A stretch of DNA of 64,000 bases from an uncultured Acidobacteriota bacterium (lineage in GTDB: Bacteria; Acidobacteriota; Thermoanaerobaculia; Multivoradales; UBA5704), in assembly GCA_963770895.1 (NCBI GenBank), contig CAVYRF010000001.1, positions 2,048,001-2,112,000 of the forward strand. The letters run 5' to 3'. The notes beneath the pieces are model-generated. The model worked only from the letters and a program-made list of their open reading frames with translations. It did no database searches and was not told where the DNA came from. Positions 59,632 to 64,000 of this stretch are shown here, piece after piece; position 1 is the stretch's first letter, and each line of letters begins with the position of its first letter. A program made the position numbers and the translations under genes.

Positions 59632-61247
59632 GGCGCCTCCGCCAGGTCGATGCGATAGCTCTTCACGCCGGGTCCGTAGCCGATGAAGATCTGCCGCCCG
59701 AAGACGGCCATCCCCTGGCGGCCCTGGTAGAGGCCCGGGACGGCGGCCTTCACCTGAAACGATTCGTCGTTCCAGCCGATGCCCTGCGAGTCGAGGCAGA
59801 GGCTGCCCTCGAGGCGCGAGATCACGCCGGCCGAGGTGATGATCGGCGCCTCGTGCGAGCCGGCCACTCCGCCCTCGCGCCCCATGGCGGGTGCGCGGCC
59901 GGCGGTCGCCAGATTGGCGCGGTCGAGCGACAGCACCAGACGGTCGGTCGCCAGCGCCGCCAGGCGGGCGGCCGCATTAGCGCGATGCGCCGGCCCGCGA
60001 CCGACGGCGAGCCCCACCACCTCGCCGACATTGGACAAGCCGCAGCTGTTCCACGACCAACCGCGGCCGGGAGCCGTGCGTAAGGGATCGAAGTGCACCT
60101 GATGGACATCGGCGTTGCCGCCGGCGCGGCGGTCCGCCAGCCACAGCTCGGAGCGCGTCTGCCCGCCCGCAACCACCGCCAAGGTCGGCCCCAGATCCAA
60201 CGTCAGGTGAAGAACGGGGTCAGGCAGCTGCACCGCGACCGGCAGCCGCGCGGCATCGCGGATCGCCGCGGCTTCGAGCATCGCCACGCCGCCGTGACGG
60301 TTCACCCAGACCAGCACGTCCAGGCGGCGGTCGAAGACCGGCGAGCGGGCAATGTCGGGAACCGCGCAGCTCGCCAGCTCTACCCCCAGCGGATCGAAGA
60401 AGCGCAAGCTGGCATCCGCCAGCACCCCCGGCTCGTCCGCCTCGCGCGCCTCGAGCAGGCAGAATCCCGGCCCCTCGGCCTGCTCGATGCCCAGCGGCGG
60501 CCCGAGGAACCGCGTGCCCGTGGTCGGCGCCACGCTCCGCGCGCTCCGTGCGGTGCCACCGCGCTGGGGAAAGAGGAACGGTGCAAGGTCGCGGAACTGC
60601 GCCTCGTGCGGTGCCACGACGACCATATGGGTGCCGCGGCACGCCGGCGGCTCGACCACGCTCCAATGGGGGTCCGGCGGTTCGAAGCGGCTCGCCTGCC
60701 ACTCCAAAGGGTGCGGCATCAGCGGCACGCCCTTGGCGATATCGAGCAGGGTGATCGAGCCGCGCGCGGTGACGGCGGCCAGCGCACCGCGCACCACCGA
60801 CACGGAGGTCACCTCGTCGTCTTCGTCGTTTCCCGGGCCCACCACCGCTCGTGCCTCCCAGACTTCCGTCAGGCGCAGCGTCCAGCGCGTACCCGGCATA
60901 CCGAAAACGGCCCCGCGCGAATCGCTCTGGCAGAAGCTGCGGCCCGGCTCGCCGCCGGCCTCGCACCAGTCGAGCAGCGAGTAGCCGTTCAGCTCCTGCC
61001 CGGTCTGCGCGCAAAAGGCGCTGTCCGGCCGCCGGTTGAGCTCCATCCTGGCGACGCCCGGCGCCGGCTGGAACGACACGGCCTCATAGGGACGGTTGCA
61101 GGTGGGGCACCAGGCGAGCACCGCCTCCATGGTCCAAGTCGCATCGACCGGCGCCGCGCAGTCCGGGTAGGGGCAGCGGCTGGGGGTGGAGAAGCGCTGG
61201 TTGGCGCGGTCCCATTCCGGGACAAAACCGGTGGCGATCATCGTCAA
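59628..61247 (-). CDS. Hypothetical protein with N-terminal Zn ribbon and probable beta-propeller
   Basis: 'CPYPDC...WCPTC...FCAQTG'; beta-rich repeats ('PPACRGTHMVV', 'SPVFD...LVWV', 'APIITSAGVI', 'MAVFGRQIFIG'). Overlaps both neighbours. Confidence 0.65.
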   Translation of the reverse strand: MTMIATGFVPEWDRANQRFSTPSRCPYPDCAAPVDATWTMEAVLAWCPTCNRPYEAVSFQPAPGVARMELNRRPDSAFCAQTGQELNGYSLLDWCEAGGEPGRSFCQSDSRGAVFGMPGTRWTLRLTEVWEARAVVGPGNDEDDEVTSVSVVRGALAAVTARGSITLLDIAKGVPLMPHPLEWQASRFEPPDPHWSVVEPPACRGTHMVVVAPHEAQFRDLAPFLFPQRGGTARSARSVAPTTGTRFLGPPLGIEQAEGPGFCLLEAREADEPGVLADASLRFFDPLGVELASCAVPDIARSPVFDRRLDVLVWVNRHGGVAMLEAAAIRDAARLPVAVQLPDPVLHLTLDLGPTLAVVAGGQTRSELWLADRRAGGNADVHQVHFDPLRTAPGRGWSWNSCGLSNVGEVVGLAVGRGPAHRANAAARLAALATDRLVLSLDRANLATAGRAPAMGREGGVAGSHEAPIITSAGVISRLEGSLCLDSQGIGWNDESFQVKAAVPGLYQGRQGMAVFGRQIFIGYGPGVKSYRIDLAEAP

Positions 61248-62185
61248 CGCCCCACGATGACTTCAGCGCGATGCTGGATGGCGCCGCCGCGCACGTCGCG
61301 CAGGCCGGCCGATTTGATCCCCACCACCAGGCCCGAGGCTCCCGCCACGTCGGCCCCGGCCACCGCCTGGTGCACCCGCGGATCGAAAGGCGTCTGATAG
61401 GGCTCGACGGGATCGATCACAAACCAGCCGGTGCGTTGGCAGGCGCCGCTCAACGACTCATAGAGCAGGGCGCGCAACCGCGCCGCGAGGGCGCGGCCGG
61501 CCGCGCTGCCGCGCTGCCCCTCGCTCGCCGCCTCGGAATAGAAGCGCGACAGGGCGTCGAGCGCGGTCACCAGGTCCTGGTTCAGCCAGTGCCGGCGCAG
61601 CTCGTCCTCGCCCTGGCCGGCGGCGATCGCAAGCCGTTCGATCTTGGCCTTGAGCGGCGCACCGAATTCGCCGCGAAAACCTTCCCGCAGCTCCCGATCC
61701 AGGAACTGGTCGGCCAGCCGAGGCGCCTCCCGGTAGAGGACTTCGAGCAGCTCGGCGACCTGCCGCCAAGGCGGATCGGCGGCCTGGTCGCGCACCGCCG
61801 GGATCGCATCGGGCTTGGCCGGCGGACCGCCTTCTGCTTCGCCGCGGCGACGACGCGGCGGCATGGCGGCAACGGCGGCCGGCGTCGCCGGCTGCGCCGC
61901 GCCGGCGGCCGGCGCCGTGTCGCTGTCGCTCTCCGGTACCGTTGCGGTCTTTGCGGCCGCAGCCTTAGGTTCGGGTTCGGGCGCGGGCGCGGGTGGCGGC
62001 GCCGGCACGGCAGGCGGCGCTGCGGCCAGGCTGTCGAGCTTGCCCTCCAGCCGCTGCACGGTCCGCCGTAGGCGCAGCACGATCAACAGGTTGGCCAGCG
62101 CGAGCCCGACCGCGAGCCCGAGCATCCCAGGGGCACTGATCTCCTGCAGCGACGAAGCCACGGCTGCGAGCATTGCGCTCCTCAT
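61244..62185 (-). CDS. Membrane-anchored GrpE-like protein
   Basis: Start MRSAML at 62185 (ATGA overlap with the Hsp70 stop); TM 'MLGLAVGLALANLLIVL'; Pro/Ala linker; C-terminal GrpE-like beta domain 'TPFDPRVHQAV...GLVVGIKSAG...IQHRAEVIVG'. Confidence 0.72.
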   Translation of the reverse strand: MRSAMLAAVASSLQEISAPGMLGLAVGLALANLLIVLRLRRTVQRLEGKLDSLAAAPPAVPAPPPAPAPEPEPKAAAAKTATVPESDSDTAPAAGAAQPATPAAVAAMPPRRRRGEAEGGPPAKPDAIPAVRDQAADPPWRQVAELLEVLYREAPRLADQFLDRELREGFRGEFGAPLKAKIERLAIAAGQGEDELRRHWLNQDLVTALDALSRFYSEAASEGQRGSAAGRALAARLRALLYESLSGACQRTGWFVIDPVEPYQTPFDPRVHQAVAGADVAGASGLVVGIKSAGLRDVRGGAIQHRAEVIVGR

Positions 62186-64000
62186 GAAGATAGCGTTCCC
62201 TGGCACCACTGCCCGTCGATCAAGACCGAGAAGTCGCTGGGGCCCGCGATCTTCAGCGTGACGGTAGCCGCCTCCCTGAGGGCGGGAAAGATGAAGCTGA
62301 CATACGCATCCTGGGCGCCGTCGCGATAGAGGTCCAGAGAATCGCTGCCGGCCTCGAGCGGCAGCGTGACCTCCAACGGCAGTTCGTCGCCCCGCCGCAG
62401 TCCCGGCAGAACACTGAAGGCACGAGGCCCGCGCTTGAGCTTGAGCTCGAACCGCAACGACTTGAGGTAGGAGTTGTCGATGCTGATCCAGGATCCTGCC
62501 CGGTTGCTCTCGGCCCAGATCGCAGCGCCGATGGCAACGCACGTCTTGGGATCCAGAGCGCCCTGATCGGGTTCGATGCACAGGAGCTTGTCCGCGCCTT
62601 TGCCACGCAGGCCGCGGAGATGGCTGACGATCTCCTTGCGGATCACCGGCAGGCGCGTCGTCTGACCCGTGAACAGCAGCGTCGTCAAGTCGCGGTTTTG
62701 CCATCCCGCGTCGGCGATCACGCTGGTGATTAATCCGAGATGCCCGCGGATCGCCGTGCTGACCTGCTTGTCGAAGGCGCCGCGCTGGAGGGCGATCTGG
62801 TAGTTGGCGGTCACCTTGGCCGCTTCGCCTGCATCGTCGCGCGGCCAGCCGCTGGCGCCCACGCCGCGGCGCACCTCGGCGCCGTCGCCCTGCGGTGGCT
62901 TGCCCTTCGCGCCGCCGGCGCGCGAGAACTCGCGCTTCACCGACTCGGCCTCGGCCAGCAGCGCCGTCGCCACCTGGTAGGCGGCCCAGGCGCCGCGCCT
63001 GCCGGCCTCGCCGTAGCGCTCCTGGAACCTCTGCTCCAGGTCGACGTAGGAGCGCGCGCGCAGCGCATCGCGCACCAGATCGCCGCGCACCGGCGCCCCC
63101 TGGTCGCGGGCCTGCTTTTCGATCTGGTCCAGCATCTCGCGGGCGAGGAGCTCATCCAGGTCGTCGCCACCGAAAATCGTGCCGGTCTTCGCCGCCAGCT
63201 TCACCGTGACCTTTGGCGCCTGACCCGCGGCGAGCGCAGCCAGATTCTCCACCTCGACCGCGGCGATGTCCGTGGTCCCGCCGCCGATGTCGAGGCACAG
63301 CACGAACTCCTTGTCGGCAGGCTTTGCCTTGGCCACGGTGCCCTTGAGTTGGGCCTCGACATAGGCGAGCACAGCGGCGGTCGCTTCGTCGACGCAGCTC
63401 GCGGCGAAGAATTTGGCGACGTCCGGAAAGTCTTCGTTGATGCCGGCGGCCTGTGCCGCATCCATGAGCGCGCGCTGCGCCGCAGGTGAGATCTCGACGG
63501 GATGGCTGAAGGCCGCCCGATCGACCAGCGGGCGGCCGTCGCGAGAGAGTCTGAGCCCGCGCATGCTGGCCTCGCTCAATCGCGGCAGGTTCGCCTCCGC
63601 GCGGCGCTTGAGCTCGGCGATGAAAAGGTTGAGGAGCTCCTGCGGGCTTTTGATCACCCGGTCTTTGCGCCAGTTGTCGGAGCTGCGATAGAAGACGTAG
63701 CGCGTCTGGCTGGCGCGGGCCACCACGGTTTTGATGCTGCGTACCAGGTTCTCGGGGCGGATCGACGCCGAATTGACCGCCAGGTCGCCGAACAAAAACT
63801 CCTCGGCGCCGCCAGGTGCGAGACTGTTGAAGCACATCAACGAACGAATGCGGTCCTGATCGGGATCGCGTTCGAGCATGAGGGGACAGCTGAAGTCCTG
63901 TCCGCCGCGGATGCAGACCACCGAGTTGGTGGTGCCGAAGTCGATGCCGATGGTCATCGGCTGCGCCTTGCCGAAGCGCGCGATGACGGTGAGGTCCAGG
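62182..64000 (-). CDS. Atypical Hsp70-family ATPase, 5' end beyond the window
   Basis: 'GIDFGTTNS', 'DEATAAVLAY', 'DIGGGTTD', 'GGDDLD', 'TGQTTRLP', 'DPKTCVAIGAA'. The frame stays open upstream of 63957 (LDLTVIARFGKAQP) with no RBS, so the protein has an N-terminal extension; the C-terminal domain is only about 100 aa. Confidence 0.85.
   Translation of the reverse strand, partial: LDLTVIARFGKAQPMTIGIDFGTTNSVVCIRGGQDFSCPLMLERDPDQDRIRSLMCFNSLAPGGAEEFLFGDLAVNSASIRPENLVRSIKTVVARASQTRYVFYRSSDNWRKDRVIKSPQELLNLFIAELKRRAEANLPRLSEASMRGLRLSRDGRPLVDRAAFSHPVEISPAAQRALMDAAQAAGINEDFPDVAKFFAASCVDEATAAVLAYVEAQLKGTVAKAKPADKEFVLCLDIGGGTTDIAAVEVENLAALAAGQAPKVTVKLAAKTGTIFGGDDLDELLAREMLDQIEKQARDQGAPVRGDLVRDALRARSYVDLEQRFQERYGEAGRRGAWAAYQVATALLAEAESVKREFSRAGGAKGKPPQGDGAEVRRGVGASGWPRDDAGEAAKVTANYQIALQRGAFDKQVSTAIRGHLGLITSVIADAGWQNRDLTTLLFTGQTTRLPVIRKEIVSHLRGLRGKGADKLLCIEPDQGALDPKTCVAIGAAIWAESNRAGSWISIDNSYLKSLRFELKLKRGPRAFSVLPGLRRGDELPLEVTLPLEAGSDSLDLYRDGAQDAYVSFIFPALREAATVTLKIAGPSDFSVLIDGQWCQGTLSS

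Noticed and set aside
61244-64000. Canonical dnaK-grpE heat-shock operon
   Set aside because: The Hsp70 lacks a full substrate-binding domain and lid, the GrpE-like protein has a TM anchor, and no hrcA or dnaJ is visible.

Overview
High-GC window, probably from an Acidobacteriota genome (inferred from an ADOP-type duplicated permease, a sortilin/BNR-repeat protein and a C-terminal 'LCL..GRF...FFD.GN.E...KVL.AC...YWVF' domain I associate with Thermoanaerobaculia-like genomes). The left part (1-26750) is core genome: a MocR regulator, YdeI, a complex I operon nuoA-E-F-G-H-J-K-L-M-N that lacks nuoB/C/D/I and ends in rex (with a Rex-like operator upstream), tRNA-Leu(CAG), rnr-der, a repeat-bearing lipoprotein, Uma2, a threonine synthase-like gene, an ADOP permease, yaeQ and an APC permease. 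An accessory region starts at about 26750 with decayed fragments (livF, ISAzo13 transposase, group II intron RT) and a GNAT/DUF1778 toxin-antitoxin pair, followed by secreted proteins, one of which has an aerolysin/pertussis-toxin(APT)-like domain fused to an NPP1/Vps62-like domain. Two multi-gene candidate conflict/defence systems stand out. (1) 35201-45241: four translationally coupled genes encoding a ClpB-D2-like AAA+ ATPase, an orphan NrdG-like radical SAM protein, a 2078-aa Zn-ribbon/pseudokinase/DUF4011-like/SF1 helicase/Vsr-like nuclease fusion, and a coiled-coil protein. (2) 51230 to the window end, minus strand: an atypical Hsp70, a membrane-anchored GrpE-like protein, a Zn-ribbon/propeller protein, a vWA lipoprotein, a small 3-TM protein, a 1331-aa tubulin-like GTPase with two GYF-like domains, and a transmembrane pseudokinase. 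All family assignments come from motifs recognised by eye; no database searches were run.
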